From assembly GCA_965217115.1 (NCBI GenBank), contig OZ244239.1, forward strand, positions 1,024,001 through 1,088,000: DNA of 64,000 bases, written 5' to 3'. Of the stretch, positions 48,145-58,118 are shown in pieces. The notes beneath the pieces were generated by a model. It saw only the letters and a list, made by a program, of their open reading frames with translations. It was not told the origin of the DNA and did not search any database. Origin of the DNA: Bdellovibrionales bacterium (GTDB lineage Bacteria > Bdellovibrionota > Bdellovibrionia > Bdellovibrionales > CAYMLA01). Numbering within the stretch: position 1 is the stretch's first letter; each line of letters starts with the position of its first letter. The position numbers were made by a program, and so were the translations under genes.

Positions 48145-49257
48145 ATGACAAGATCAAAACTACTTCTTAGATTCACTCTAGCCAGCGCTCTTGGACTTGC
48201 TCTTGTTTGTTTCAAATTGATACAGCCCTCTTCAAATCATATTGAGACGAATATCATTGCTGCCCATAATATCTCTATGGAAAACAACACCAGTTTCTCC
48301 TACTCTATGCCACGCATTCAGAATAGAACAGTTTCAAAAAATTTCGCAAAAAAAACCTCTAAATCTATTAAACACTATCTAAACAGACAATCTAAAAAGA
48401 AAACGACCCTCAATAAGGTCTTTACAAAAAAATGGACGAAAAAAGATTTTCTTGAAAAAAAGAAGAAGACAGCAAAGAAAGATGCTAAAAAGAAAAAAAC
48501 TAAAAAAACTGACAAAAAGAAATTAACTGCAGAATCAAGTAAACAAAACACTGACCCTCAAGCCGAGAGAGAAAAAGAGTTTGATGCCGTGGATAAGGGA
48601 AGTTACGTTTCTTCTGATAATGATCAGCCTCAACAAGGCACTGCAGCCCTTCCAACTGATGACAGTGGTGAATCTGAGGATGCCATTTCTTTTGACGAGT
48701 GGAAAACTCTTCTTTTAAGCAACCCCAATCGTAAGAACACGGCTCTTTTTATTGACTCTTATTCTTCTCAACAAATTTCTGATGAGGATTTCTATCAATT
48801 AATTATTATTATGATAGAGAGCTCTGAGCCTTCTGTGCGTCAACAAGGTATCATCTCCCTTAACGCAATAACAAGCGCTCGAAGTTTTGAGCTTATGGCT
48901 CATTATTACGAACTTGAGCCCACTGATAGCACCCTACGCAATGACATGAGAACCTACTTAGATCAATACGCTTCTATTTCTCGGCTTTCAATCTTAAAAC
49001 AAACCCTGCAAAGCAATACTGACGCAGTTATTGTTGAAACTGTGCAGCTTTTAAGAAAAATTGCCCTCTATCATCAAACAACCTCTGGCGGTGACGATAT
49101 TGTCTCTATGAATAACGAGCGGCTTTTATTAGAATTTTCTTCTTCGTTCATTCCTCTTTTAGAAAACCTTCAACACGGTAACAACAATGTCACTCAAGCC
49201 ATTGAGATCACTCTCACAACTCTTAACAATTTTGTTTCTGATGAACAAGCATCGTAA
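48145..49257 (+). CDS. Membrane-anchored hypothetical protein with Lys-rich tract and helical (HEAT-like) C-terminus
   Basis: N-terminal hydrophobic anchor, poly-Lys then acidic linker, SSEPSVRQQGIISL. Confidence 0.7.
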   Translation: MTRSKLLLRFTLASALGLALVCFKLIQPSSNHIETNIIAAHNISMENNTSFSYSMPRIQNRTVSKNFAKKTSKSIKHYLNRQSKKKTTLNKVFTKKWTKKDFLEKKKKTAKKDAKKKKTKKTDKKKLTAESSKQNTDPQAEREKEFDAVDKGSYVSSDNDQPQQGTAALPTDDSGESEDAISFDEWKTLLLSNPNRKNTALFIDSYSSQQISDEDFYQLIIIMIESSEPSVRQQGIISLNAITSARSFELMAHYYELEPTDSTLRNDMRTYLDQYASISRLSILKQTLQSNTDAVIVETVQLLRKIALYHQTTSGGDDIVSMNNERLLLEFSSSFIPLLENLQHGNNNVTQAIEITLTTLNNFVSDEQAS

Positions 49258-49266
49258 AGGGGAGTC

Positions 49267-51492
49267 TTAAGTAAATATCTCTTTGAAATTGGTGCCCTTC
49301 TCGCCCATCATCGTAAATACAGATAACGGCTCTTGATTAGAACCCTCGGTTACACTCGAAAGATAAGCCATGTAATTTTCTGAAGTTTCCTCTTTCATGG
49401 GAAAGCGAAGACCTATGAATAATATATCTGTTTCTTTCTTCGGGTCTTTTTCATTGATTCTTTCTATGTGAGCGACGCTCTGTCTCTCCGCCTCTTTAGA
49501 AAAAACATGTACCTCTGCTTTAATTCGGCTCGATTGTAAAAAATGACTTAATTTAGAATAGGCCGTCGAGCGTTCCTGCTCCGTATCTACAATATACTTA
49601 ACGGACAAAACAGAACGCATATAAGCTGGACTTGCTTGTAACATATAAGCCAACGCTAGCATTAAAAATGAATTCTCTAAGTCTTCATTCCACCAGATAT
49701 CAATTCTTTTTAACAAACGCCTTCGACGGCCACTCAAACCCTCTTTTTTAACCCCCTCTCTAAAAAACAAAATATTTTTACCCAATTCATGGACCTCTTG
49801 AATCATTTGAAAAACGCTCTCTTTTCCCTTTGAGTAAACCTCATCTAAATCAAAAATAACCGTATTAGGGCTTAATACGCCCAGTCCATAATCAGAAATT
49901 AAACCCTGGGCCCCTGTTAAGAATTCTTCACTCTCCTTCATCTTTACCAAAGCCAACACTCGACGCTGATTAATAAAATTTTTCACTGAACTTTCAAGAG
50001 CTCTAATGCTATTTACTTTGCTCCTGTTTTTATCAGCAATAACTGCCAGACAAAGAAAACTCTTTCCTCTACAGAAATTATCGCTCAACTCAGTTAAAAA
50101 CCATTTTTCTAGAGGTGAACTTGTTATCACTAAGACATTTGGTCGCCATGAGCGTGCGTCTTTTTCATATTCTTCCAGACTATAGACAGATGAACGCGCC
50201 ATGTATGACATTAAGCCTCGACGCATATCTGACCAATTAGAGTTTAAGCTTCTTTTTTTCATCATCACATAAACTGCCGTAATAAAAAACAATGCCATAA
50301 AAGCTGATCCTGAATTGATCATGAACATTATTCCAAAACAGGCAAAAGCACCCAATAATGATAGAGCCCATGGAGTTTTAAATGTGGGTCTCCATGATGG
50401 ATTTGACAACATTCCCTCAAGTCCAGCAATAAGGTTTAAGGCTCCATAGGATGTTAAAAAAAACATGGATAATATCGGTGCAATAGCATCCAATCCACCA
50501 ATCAACATTCCTCCTGCTGCAATTAAAAATGTAATCACCGTCGCAACACGGGGATTATTCGTGGGGCCGTATCCTTTTCCCATAGCACTCGGCAAAATTT
50601 TATCCTGAGCCATTGCCTGTAAAGTTCTTGGTGCCCCTAAAACAGAACCCAAAGCACTCGACAAAGTCGCAAACCAGATTCCTAAATAAATAATTGGTGG
50701 AAAGACAGCGATCGCAAAAATCACCTTAGGATCTGATTTTAGCAAACCCACTGTAGCATACTTGTAAAATAAAATAGCAAAAGTTACATACACCACATAA
50801 CCTGTCAAAATAGCTGCAATCGTCCCCCTCGGCAGTGATTTATGGGGCGATTTCAAATCTCCCGACATAGACACTCCCGCTCCGATCCCTGTCACTGCTG
50901 GAAAAAAGACAGCAAATATTTTCCAAAAAGGCTCCGAAGAAGGAACTGAACTCACTACTTTTTGACCCTCCGAAATAGGAGCCCCTAAAATAAAAGCAAG
51001 AATAGAACCTATAATAATAACAAAGATAAATACCTGAGTCTTTATAGCTAAGCTGGGGGAGTAATAAGCCAATGCAGAAACACCCACCAAGGCGGCTAAA
51101 CTCAATGGCAACTCTGGCACCCATGGCAGAATTTGCACAATAGATTCCGAAAAGCCCGAAATATAAAACGAAATTCCCAACGCCTGAGCCAAGTACAGAG
51201 GAAGACCGATGGCTGTTCCCGCCTCGATTCCAAAGGAACGAGAGATCATAAAGTAAATACCACCCGCTTTGACTTCCATATTTGTCGCCGTTGAGGAAAT
51301 AGACAATCCAGTAATGAACGTAATCGCTGAAGCCATGGTTATAATCACTAGCGATCCAAAAAGGCCCGCATAACCAACAACCCACCCCATTCTCATATAA
51401 AGAATGACACCGAGAATAGTTAAAATACTTGGAATATACACGCCTTTAAACGTTCCAAGCTCAAGACCCTTTTTCATTTCATCTACTGCCAT
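49267..51492 (-). CDS. Cation-chloride cotransporter-like APC permease
   Basis: GTFKGVYIPSILTILGVILYMR, GGIYFMISRS, FFPAVTG, WRP motifs, cytoplasmic C-domain. Confidence 0.88.
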   Translation of the reverse strand: MAVDEMKKGLELGTFKGVYIPSILTILGVILYMRMGWVVGYAGLFGSLVIITMASAITFITGLSISSTATNMEVKAGGIYFMISRSFGIEAGTAIGLPLYLAQALGISFYISGFSESIVQILPWVPELPLSLAALVGVSALAYYSPSLAIKTQVFIFVIIIGSILAFILGAPISEGQKVVSSVPSSEPFWKIFAVFFPAVTGIGAGVSMSGDLKSPHKSLPRGTIAAILTGYVVYVTFAILFYKYATVGLLKSDPKVIFAIAVFPPIIYLGIWFATLSSALGSVLGAPRTLQAMAQDKILPSAMGKGYGPTNNPRVATVITFLIAAGGMLIGGLDAIAPILSMFFLTSYGALNLIAGLEGMLSNPSWRPTFKTPWALSLLGAFACFGIMFMINSGSAFMALFFITAVYVMMKKRSLNSNWSDMRRGLMSYMARSSVYSLEEYEKDARSWRPNVLVITSSPLEKWFLTELSDNFCRGKSFLCLAVIADKNRSKVNSIRALESSVKNFINQRRVLALVKMKESEEFLTGAQGLISDYGLGVLSPNTVIFDLDEVYSKGKESVFQMIQEVHELGKNILFFREGVKKEGLSGRRRRLLKRIDIWWNEDLENSFLMLALAYMLQASPAYMRSVLSVKYIVDTEQERSTAYSKLSHFLQSSRIKAEVHVFSKEAERQSVAHIERINEKDPKKETDILFIGLRFPMKEETSENYMAYLSSVTEGSNQEPLSVFTMMGEKGTNFKEIFT

Positions 51493-51536
51493 AACTCTGG
51501 TGTCTCCACAAAATAATAATCTTTTAGATATGAACC

Positions 51537-52004
51537 TTACGATAAAATACGGTCAATAATCGAAGTCGTTGAACGACTCTCTACAAATGAGAGAGACTTA
51601 ACCTCTCCCCCATAGGACTCTACAAAATCCCAACCTATGATTTTTGGAATTGGCCAATCTCCTCCCTTCACCAAAACATTTGGCCTCACCAGACGAATCA
51701 GTTCTAACGGGGTTTCTTCAGAGAAGATAGAAACGAAGTCCACTGCTTCTAAGGCCAATATAATTTCAGCCCGATCCTCTTCTCTTTGCACTGGACGACT
51801 CTCTCCCTTTAAACCACGAATACTTGAATCTGAGTTTAAACCTAAAAAAAGTAAATCACCCTGTGCCTTAGCTTCTTTTAAATAACGTATATGGCCTACA
51901 TGAAGAAGATCAAAACAACCGTTCGTAAACACTATTTTTTTGTCCCGAAATGGTTCCAACACAGATGCTATTTTATCTTTAGAAATTATTTTTAACTCAG
52001 GCAA
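51537..52004 (-). CDS. rfaE2: D-glycero-beta-D-manno-heptose 1-phosphate adenylyltransferase
   Basis: FTNGCFDLLHVGH, GLNSD, LKG..RP, VKGGD, STTSII. Confidence 0.92.
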   Translation of the reverse strand: MPELKIISKDKIASVLEPFRDKKIVFTNGCFDLLHVGHIRYLKEAKAQGDLLFLGLNSDSSIRGLKGESRPVQREEDRAEIILALEAVDFVSIFSEETPLELIRLVRPNVLVKGGDWPIPKIIGWDFVESYGGEVKSLSFVESRSTTSIIDRILS

Positions 52005-52007
52005 AAT

Positions 52008-52931
52008 TCAAGATTCCAAAGGATGTAAACTCAGTCCACAAAATTTACCCACAAGGTCGCGTCCAAATAAAAAGGACAACATTGGCAAAAAAACAAACCC
52101 CGTAGCCAGCACTAATAATATTCTGCCTACCACGCGCACAGGATAGAGCCCTTGACTCGCTTCATTGTCTCTACCCAATTTAAGTTCAAAAGCCCACTCT
52201 CCAAGAGAGCAACCAAAAAAAGCACGACTAATCACCATGTAAATGCTCATGACACAGACAAACAGCAACAACAAGCTCCAATCTGCCATCGTACCAGCCC
52301 CCTGATAAGTCAACGTTGCTAAGAAATTTACCTTTGTCACAATCAAAAGAGCCACCACAAAAACCAATGAAATCGCTAAAGCAACAATGGTATCCAAAAC
52401 CGCCGCGGGTAATGACCATCTCACATAACTTGTTTTTTTCTTTTTCTTCCCATCCCAAAAGAACTTTTCTTTTTCAGAAGAGGACGTCTGAGTCTTAAAT
52501 ATATCGGTGAAAAAAGGTTCGTCGCTCTCCTCTAATTCTTCATCAGAATAAACTGGCAACGTCTCTGTTAACTCTATTTCCAAATTTTCTTCCAAAGAAA
52601 CTTGATTCATAAATTTTTGATGTCTAGACGACACTTGTGAAGACACTTCATCTTTCTGTGACTCACCCCCTAAACTCTCCAAGACTTCATCTGCTGACTC
52701 AATCAACTCATCAAACTCCTTCATCTCCTCCAAACACTGAGTCTCTACCTCGGAACTCCCTGTCAATAAAGTCTCCGATTCATCAGGTAATGGAGTGGGC
52801 AAAGACTTGGACAGATGCTCTGTCACCACACCAGAACTCACAACTTCCTTCTTAAGATCAACAGTTCTACCATGAAATCCCAGGCCCTCAGTTAAAGGCT
52901 TAAACTTGAGTTCATTATCAGAAAAATTCAC
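52008..52931 (-). CDS. RDD-like membrane protein with an acidic N-terminus
   Basis: Three C-terminal TM segments, AAVLD, GCSLGEW. Confidence 0.7.
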   Translation of the reverse strand: MNFSDNELKFKPLTEGLGFHGRTVDLKKEVVSSGVVTEHLSKSLPTPLPDESETLLTGSSEVETQCLEEMKEFDELIESADEVLESLGGESQKDEVSSQVSSRHQKFMNQVSLEENLEIELTETLPVYSDEELEESDEPFFTDIFKTQTSSSEKEKFFWDGKKKKKTSYVRWSLPAAVLDTIVALAISLVFVVALLIVTKVNFLATLTYQGAGTMADWSLLLLFVCVMSIYMVISRAFFGCSLGEWAFELKLGRDNEASQGLYPVRVVGRILLVLATGFVFLPMLSFLFGRDLVGKFCGLSLHPLES

Positions 52932-52954
52932 AGGCCATTTCCTCTACTTAAGTC

Positions 52955-53041
52955 CTATACACCTAACTTGTACTTTAAAATGCTCGGTAACACCACGCAA
53001 GCCGTTTCTACCCTAAGAATTTGCTTCCCTAAAGTCACTGG
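52955..53041 (-). pseudogene. rsmE: C-terminal relic of 16S rRNA m3U1498 methyltransferase
   Basis: PVTLGKQILRVETACVVLPSILKYKLGV* matches the RsmE LGxxILRxETA motif; the upstream frame is unrelated and closed at 53108-53110. Confidence 0.75.
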
Positions 53042-53153
53042 AGTCTCCCTCCCATAAACAAAAAAACTCAGTGCGTTATTTTTCTTCTGATTTAGTTTTA
53101 TACAGGCTTATCGTTTCTTTAAAAACACGCTTAAATAGTTTTGAAACTATAAA

Positions 53154-53675
53154 CTAAATTTCAACAGAACGATCAACAGAGGGTAAGTGAACAGCAAGCC
53201 CTTTCGTCTTAGGCTTTATTGAAGCCGTTGTCTGCACGAAACACTGTTGCAATTGAGCAAAAATAGGCTCACGAATAGCCAATTTATTATCCTGCAAAAC
53301 ACATTGACGACCCAGCTTCTTGTTAACATTAATAACAACGGGGGCTTTTAAATTAGCTGTCATTTGTGACGGGTCCTCTGGAATAGTCACAACAGTCAAT
53401 ATATGGGGCGATGACCCTTCATCTAAATTCAATGATTCTCTATCTCTTTTGGCCAAACTCACAGTGTAGCCTTGGGAAAAGAAACTTGGCTCAAGAACTG
53501 GAAATGCAACCTCTGGCTGTTCACAGCTCTGCAACCAGACAAAAATTTCATCACTAGGATCGTCCAAAATAACAAACTGCCGAAGGTGATTAAAACCCAA
53601 AATTCCCTCAGGAAATGCCACCACATCCTTCTGACCAATTTCTATACAACCAAATCTCGATGTTTGAATCTTCAC
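53154..53675 (-). CDS. fliW: Flagellar assembly factor and CsrA antagonist FliW
   Basis: IQTSRFG, FPEGILGF, WLQS, MTANLKAPVVIN, GRQ; GTG start after AGGAG. Confidence 0.93.
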   Translation of the reverse strand: MKIQTSRFGCIEIGQKDVVAFPEGILGFNHLRQFVILDDPSDEIFVWLQSCEQPEVAFPVLEPSFFSQGYTVSLAKRDRESLNLDEGSSPHILTVVTIPEDPSQMTANLKAPVVINVNKKLGRQCVLQDNKLAIREPIFAQLQQCFVQTTASIKPKTKGLAVHLPSVDRSVEI

Positions 53676-53780
53676 AAGCCAACTCCTGATAATCAAAGAA
53701 TGCCCACAAAAATATAGCACGGCAAGAGTTTAAATGGGGTGGATCTAAAAAATGACATGGCAAACCCGCCCTAAATAATG

Positions 53781-54008
53781 TCAGGGCTTCAAAAGCTTTT
53801 TAATATCACGCGTGGCGTTAGGGTTGCTCTGCACCGACTCTCTATTTTGATCTTGAATAGCCTGATAGACCTCTTCTCGATGGATCTTCGTGTCCATAGG
53901 AGCTTCAATGCCAATACGAACCTGCTTCCCTTTAATCTGAACAATACGAATTTTAATGTGATCATCTATCGCGATGCTCTCACCTAATTTTCTCGTCAAA
54001 ACCAGCAT
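53781..54008 (-). CDS. csrA: Carbon storage regulator
   Basis: [27 protein letters not shown]. Confidence 0.98.
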   Translation of the reverse strand: MLVLTRKLGESIAIDDHIKIRIVQIKGKQVRIGIEAPMDTKIHREEVYQAIQDQNRESVQSNPNATRDIKKLLKP

Positions 54009-54078
54009 GATGTCTCCTTCAACGTCCTGGTCAAAGTTCCCCGTTAGTTGGCCAACAATCCTATCCGTCCATGTGGCC
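54009..54078 (-). promoter_or_regulatory. csrA leader with six GGA motifs (candidate CsrA sites)
   Basis: Minus strand: atGGAcGGAtaGGAt ... gGGAa ... caGGAc ... aaGGAg. Confidence 0.6.
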
Positions 54079-54240
54079 TCAATCTAACGTCACGTCTATA
54101 AGCTATCGTAACGGCTATTTTCCCACAGTCCTAAAACATAAGGTAAAAAACTGGCCAAAGCTTAAGCGCGGTCCGTAAGTAATACTTCTATCTAATAAAG
54201 TCAAGGTTACCAGAGATTGGATATCCTCTGGTATTTCATC

Positions 54241-54453
54241 TCAGGAAGAGAACATCAGGTGCTCATCCACCATACAATCAGCAATCGCTTGATCATCAAT
54301 TTCATACTCATCATTATCAATCAAACGTTTTAACTTCTCAACCTTGTCCATATCCACGTCATTCACTCCATGGGTGGCTAATTCTTTGACTTTATCTATA
54401 TCACGAACTAAATCTGTCGCCTCTACAGTCGTGCCATTAGATGTCTTCATCAT
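54241..54453 (-). CDS. flgM: Short FlgM anti-sigma-28 factor
   Basis: DVDMDKVEKLKRLIDNDEYEIDDQAIADCM resembles the FlgM C-terminal motif; upstream of csrA-fliW. Confidence 0.78.
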   Translation of the reverse strand: MMKTSNGTTVEATDLVRDIDKVKELATHGVNDVDMDKVEKLKRLIDNDEYEIDDQAIADCMVDEHLMFSS

Positions 54454-54524
54454 AGCTCCCCATAAACCAACAACCCTTTCTCCCACATTATATCATAATG
54501 AGATACTTGTTTTCTATAAGAAAT

Positions 54525-55433
54525 TCAACTGTTTATCTGAGAAACCCGAGCTGGTAGCTCTCTCCCCATTTTTTCTCCCAACCAGTGGCTAATTTTTATC
54601 AATTTATCCAAGTCCAAAGCCGTTTTGAATCCCATGGAATGTAAAAGGCGAACCACATCTTCTGTGGCCACATTGCCCGTCGCCCCTTCAGCATAGGGAC
54701 AACCACCCAAACCACCAATACTAGAGTCGAAAGTGCGCACACCCATCTCCACACTCTGTAAAACATTTGCCAATGCCAACCCACGAGTGTCATGAAAATG
54801 CATGGCTATTTTTGTCAAAGATGTCTCACGACTCAAACCAGCTATCCATCGCTTAACCTGCTTAGGGTTAGCCACTCCTATTGTATCTCCAATAGATATC
54901 TCTGCCACTCCTAATTCCAACATTCTCTTTACACCCTTAAGCACCTGTTCAACCTTCACCTCTCCTTCATAAGGGCAACCAAAGCAAGTGCTTAAATAAG
55001 CTCGAACTTTTATTTCATTTTCTTTCGCCAACGCCACCACTGTCTCAAGACGCCTGTAACTTTCATCAATAGAACAATTCACATTCTTTTGGGAAAAAGA
55101 CTCCGTCGAAGATGCAAAAATAGCCACTTCCTTCACGCCATTAGCTATCGCCTCGTTCATTCCTCTAAGATTAGGGACAAGAGCTGAAAATATGATCGAT
55201 TCAGGTATTTCAGCCATTTTTTGTTTTTGATGGACTTTTTTAAACAACTCCCCTGAGCCAGCCATTTGCGGCACCCACTTAGGAGAGACAAAAGAACCCA
55301 ACTCCATACACTCTACACCAGCATCAACAAGACGATCTGCCAATGACAAACGAATTGATGGGGACAGCGTCACCGTCTCGTTTTGCAACCCATCTCTTAA
55401 ACCCACTTCTACAATCTTAATTTTCTGATCCAA
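54525..55433 (-). CDS. liuE: Hydroxymethylglutaryl-CoA lyase
   Basis: EVGLRDGLQNE, SFVSPKWVPQM, HFHDT, GLGGCPYA..GNVATED. Confidence 0.94.
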   Translation of the reverse strand: MDQKIKIVEVGLRDGLQNETVTLSPSIRLSLADRLVDAGVECMELGSFVSPKWVPQMAGSGELFKKVHQKQKMAEIPESIIFSALVPNLRGMNEAIANGVKEVAIFASSTESFSQKNVNCSIDESYRRLETVVALAKENEIKVRAYLSTCFGCPYEGEVKVEQVLKGVKRMLELGVAEISIGDTIGVANPKQVKRWIAGLSRETSLTKIAMHFHDTRGLALANVLQSVEMGVRTFDSSIGGLGGCPYAEGATGNVATEDVVRLLHSMGFKTALDLDKLIKISHWLGEKMGRELPARVSQINS

Positions 55434-55449
55434 AATTTAAGCCCTTCTT

Positions 55450-55857
55450 CTACTCTTTAAAAAAACCTACCAGCATTTGCCCCGAACTCACTTGATCCCC
55501 AATAACCACGTTCACCTTCTCTACCACACCATTTTTTTTCGCCCTTAAAGTGTATTCCATCTTCATTGCCTCTAAAACAAGAATAGAATCTCCTTCTTTC
55601 ACGGTATCTCCTTGGGAGATAAATATCTTTGTTACCTTACCTGGCATTTTCGCTATAATTTCTCCAGACTCTTTTTTAGCAACAGTCGATTTACGCCTAC
55701 GACGACGAATGTGATTTGCCAGTTCCATGGAGTAAGTCCTTCCAGAGAGATGAACCCATAAAGTGTCTTTTATCCTCTCTACCTTGCCCGTGCAAAGCAG
55801 CCCTTCGATCTCAAAAGTTAATTCTTCCATCACACATTTCTCCAACTCTGTTCCCAC
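55450..55857 (-). CDS. Biotin carboxyl carrier protein (split from the MCC alpha subunit)
   Basis: AKMPGKV, LEAMKME. Confidence 0.9.
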   Translation of the reverse strand: MGTELEKCVMEELTFEIEGLLCTGKVERIKDTLWVHLSGRTYSMELANHIRRRRRKSTVAKKESGEIIAKMPGKVTKIFISQGDTVKEGDSILVLEAMKMEYTLRAKKNGVVEKVNVVIGDQVSSGQMLVGFFKE

Positions 55858-57299
55858 GGAGAAGCCTCAATTTTTTGTCCTTGTTTCTGAGATTCAGCTT
55901 GGGCCTTCTTGGCAAACTCCATCTCTGAATCAGTCAAATCTCCTCCCTCCAACCCCTTGGGAAAGTTCTTCGCTATAAATTGTGTGGTCATTGTTCCTTC
56001 ACGAAAATCTGGATGATTTAAAATTTCTTGCAAGTAGGGAATATTGGTTTTCACTCCAAAAATCACTGTGTCTCTTAGTACGCAAATCATTTTATCAATG
56101 GCTCTTCTGCGATTCTCATCCCAAACAATCACCTTGGCCATCATCGGATCATAAAAGGGCGTTATTTCATCTCCTCTTTCAAAACCATATTCAAAACGAC
56201 GCCCTGGCCCCTCTGGCCATTCTATCGTTCCCAAAACCCCAACACTCGGTATTCCCTGAGCATAAGAATCCTCTGCATATAAACGACATTCAATGGCATG
56301 CCCTGTTGGTTCTAATTTTCTTCCAAAAAAAAGCACAGGTTCCCCTTGAGCTGTTTGAATCTGTGCCTTAACTAAATCCACCCCAAGTACCATTTCAGTC
56401 ACAGGATGCTCAACTTGCAGACGCGTGTTCACCTCTAAAAAATAAAAATTTTCCCCTTGTAAAAGAAATTCTACCGTCCCCGCGTTGATATAACCTGCCT
56501 GGGTCGCCACTGCAACGGCTGCTCTTCCCATCTCCTCTCGTAAATCATCCGTTAAAAAAGATGATCCCGATTCTTCAATCATTTTTTGATGACGCCTTTG
56601 CACCGAACACTCGCGATCAAAAAGATGTCTCACCTCTCCCGAAGCATCACCAAATATTTGAAATTCAATATGCTTTGCCTTATCCAAGTATTTTTCTAAA
56701 AAAATCTCACTAGATCCAAAAGCCGATTGACTCTCTCTTTGCGCCGATTCAATTTGTTCCTGAGCCTCGTCCATAGAATAAATCACTTTCATTCCACGAC
56801 CACCACCTCCAGCCGTCGCCTTAACAATAACTGGTAAACCAATCCTCTCCACTTCTTTTATCAAAACTTTCAGAGATTGATCGACTCCATCGTAACCAGG
56901 AACCGTAGGGACCCCCGCCTTTTTTACAATTTCCTTCGATAAAATTTTATTTCCTAATTTTTCAATCACCTCAGCCTTAGGCCCAACAAAAATCAACCCC
57001 GCCCTCTGGCAAGCACGAGCAAAATCTCCATTCTCTGATAAAAAACCAAATCCAGGGTGAATCGCATCAGCTCCTTTCCCCAAAGCGCCGTTAATATTAC
57101 TCTCGATACTTAAATAACTTTTATCCATCGATTCTGGCCCTATGCAAACTCTCTCATCTGCCAAACGATAGGCTCGACTCTGCACATCCACCTCAGAATG
57201 GAGAAGCACTGTCTTGATCCCCATCTCCTGACAAGCACGAATAATACGCACCGCTACTTCTCCTCGATTTGCAATAGCTAAACATTGAATCTTACTCAT
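55830..57299 (-). CDS. liuD: Biotin carboxylase subunit of methylcrotonyl-CoA carboxylase
   Basis: IANRGEVA, HPGFGFLSEN, GGGGRGM, RECSVQRRHQK, EVNTRLQVEH. Confidence 0.88.
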   Translation of the reverse strand: MSKIQCLAIANRGEVAVRIIRACQEMGIKTVLLHSEVDVQSRAYRLADERVCIGPESMDKSYLSIESNINGALGKGADAIHPGFGFLSENGDFARACQRAGLIFVGPKAEVIEKLGNKILSKEIVKKAGVPTVPGYDGVDQSLKVLIKEVERIGLPVIVKATAGGGGRGMKVIYSMDEAQEQIESAQRESQSAFGSSEIFLEKYLDKAKHIEFQIFGDASGEVRHLFDRECSVQRRHQKMIEESGSSFLTDDLREEMGRAAVAVATQAGYINAGTVEFLLQGENFYFLEVNTRLQVEHPVTEMVLGVDLVKAQIQTAQGEPVLFFGRKLEPTGHAIECRLYAEDSYAQGIPSVGVLGTIEWPEGPGRRFEYGFERGDEITPFYDPMMAKVIVWDENRRRAIDKMICVLRDTVIFGVKTNIPYLQEILNHPDFREGTMTTQFIAKNFPKGLEGGDLTDSEMEFAKKAQAESQKQGQKIEASPWEQSWRNV

Positions 57300-58083
57300 T
57301 TGTTTTTCTCTTTTCAAGAAACTGTCTAAGACCCTTCTGCCCCTCATCACTCACTCGCCTCTCGGCAATCACACGCACTGTTTCATCAAAAACACTCTTG
57401 TTTAAATTTTGTTCTAAAAAACACAAGAGCTTCTTCGTCTCTCTCATCGCTTGTATTCCATTCATCATGATATTCTTTACGGTTTTTAAAAAAAACTCTT
57501 CGACTTCGCCCTGTGACCCAAGAAAATGAATCAACCCCGACTCCTTAGCCTCCAATGAATCAAACCTTCTCGCCGTAAGCATCAGTTCATAGACCTTACT
57601 CGTAAGCATTTTTTTTGTAACAAAAGGACTTATCACCGCAGGCACCAAACCTAATTTAACTTCACTGAAACAAAAAATCGTATTCTCCTCAGCAGCTACA
57701 ATATCACAGACAGCAAGCAATCCCACAGCACCTCCCATTACATGGCCATGTACTTTTGCCATAATCACATGGGGACACTTAGATATTTCCGTAAACATTT
57801 CACATAACTTCTGAGCATCTACTTTGTTTTCTTCCAACGAATAACTCACTACGCTCTTCATCCAATGAAGATCAGCTCCAGCACAAAAACTATTCCCCTC
57901 TCCACAGAGAGTGATTAATTTAATATCCTCTCTTTGAGAAAAATCACAGAAAGCCTTCGTTAACTCTGCAATCATACCTGGGTGAAACGCATTTTTCACC
58001 TCTGGTCTATTCAGAGATATTTCTATCATCACCTCTGTATTTGTCTGTTTTTTCTCTGTCACTTTAATAAAATTCATTGCCAT
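57292..58083 (-). CDS. liuC: Methylglutaconyl-CoA hydratase (crotonase family)
   Basis: LNRPEVKNAF, FCAGADL, GGAVGL, FSEVKLGLVPAVI; operon context. Confidence 0.85.
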   Translation of the reverse strand: MAMNFIKVTEKKQTNTEVMIEISLNRPEVKNAFHPGMIAELTKAFCDFSQREDIKLITLCGEGNSFCAGADLHWMKSVVSYSLEENKVDAQKLCEMFTEISKCPHVIMAKVHGHVMGGAVGLLAVCDIVAAEENTIFCFSEVKLGLVPAVISPFVTKKMLTSKVYELMLTARRFDSLEAKESGLIHFLGSQGEVEEFFLKTVKNIMMNGIQAMRETKKLLCFLEQNLNKSVFDETVRVIAERRVSDEGQKGLRQFLEKRKTNE

Positions 58084-58118
58084 CTTCCTATTTGTCATTT
58101 TTCTAATTGTTTTTATTT

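Noticed and set aside
54085..54240. flgN or flgL remnants between flgM and csrA
   Set aside because: The frames I translated showed no recognisable motif; only a hairpin (TACCAGAG/CTCTGGTA) is visible
55450..57299. Frameshifted liuD pseudogene
   Set aside because: Both parts keep intact motifs, and separate carboxylase and carrier subunits are a known arrangement
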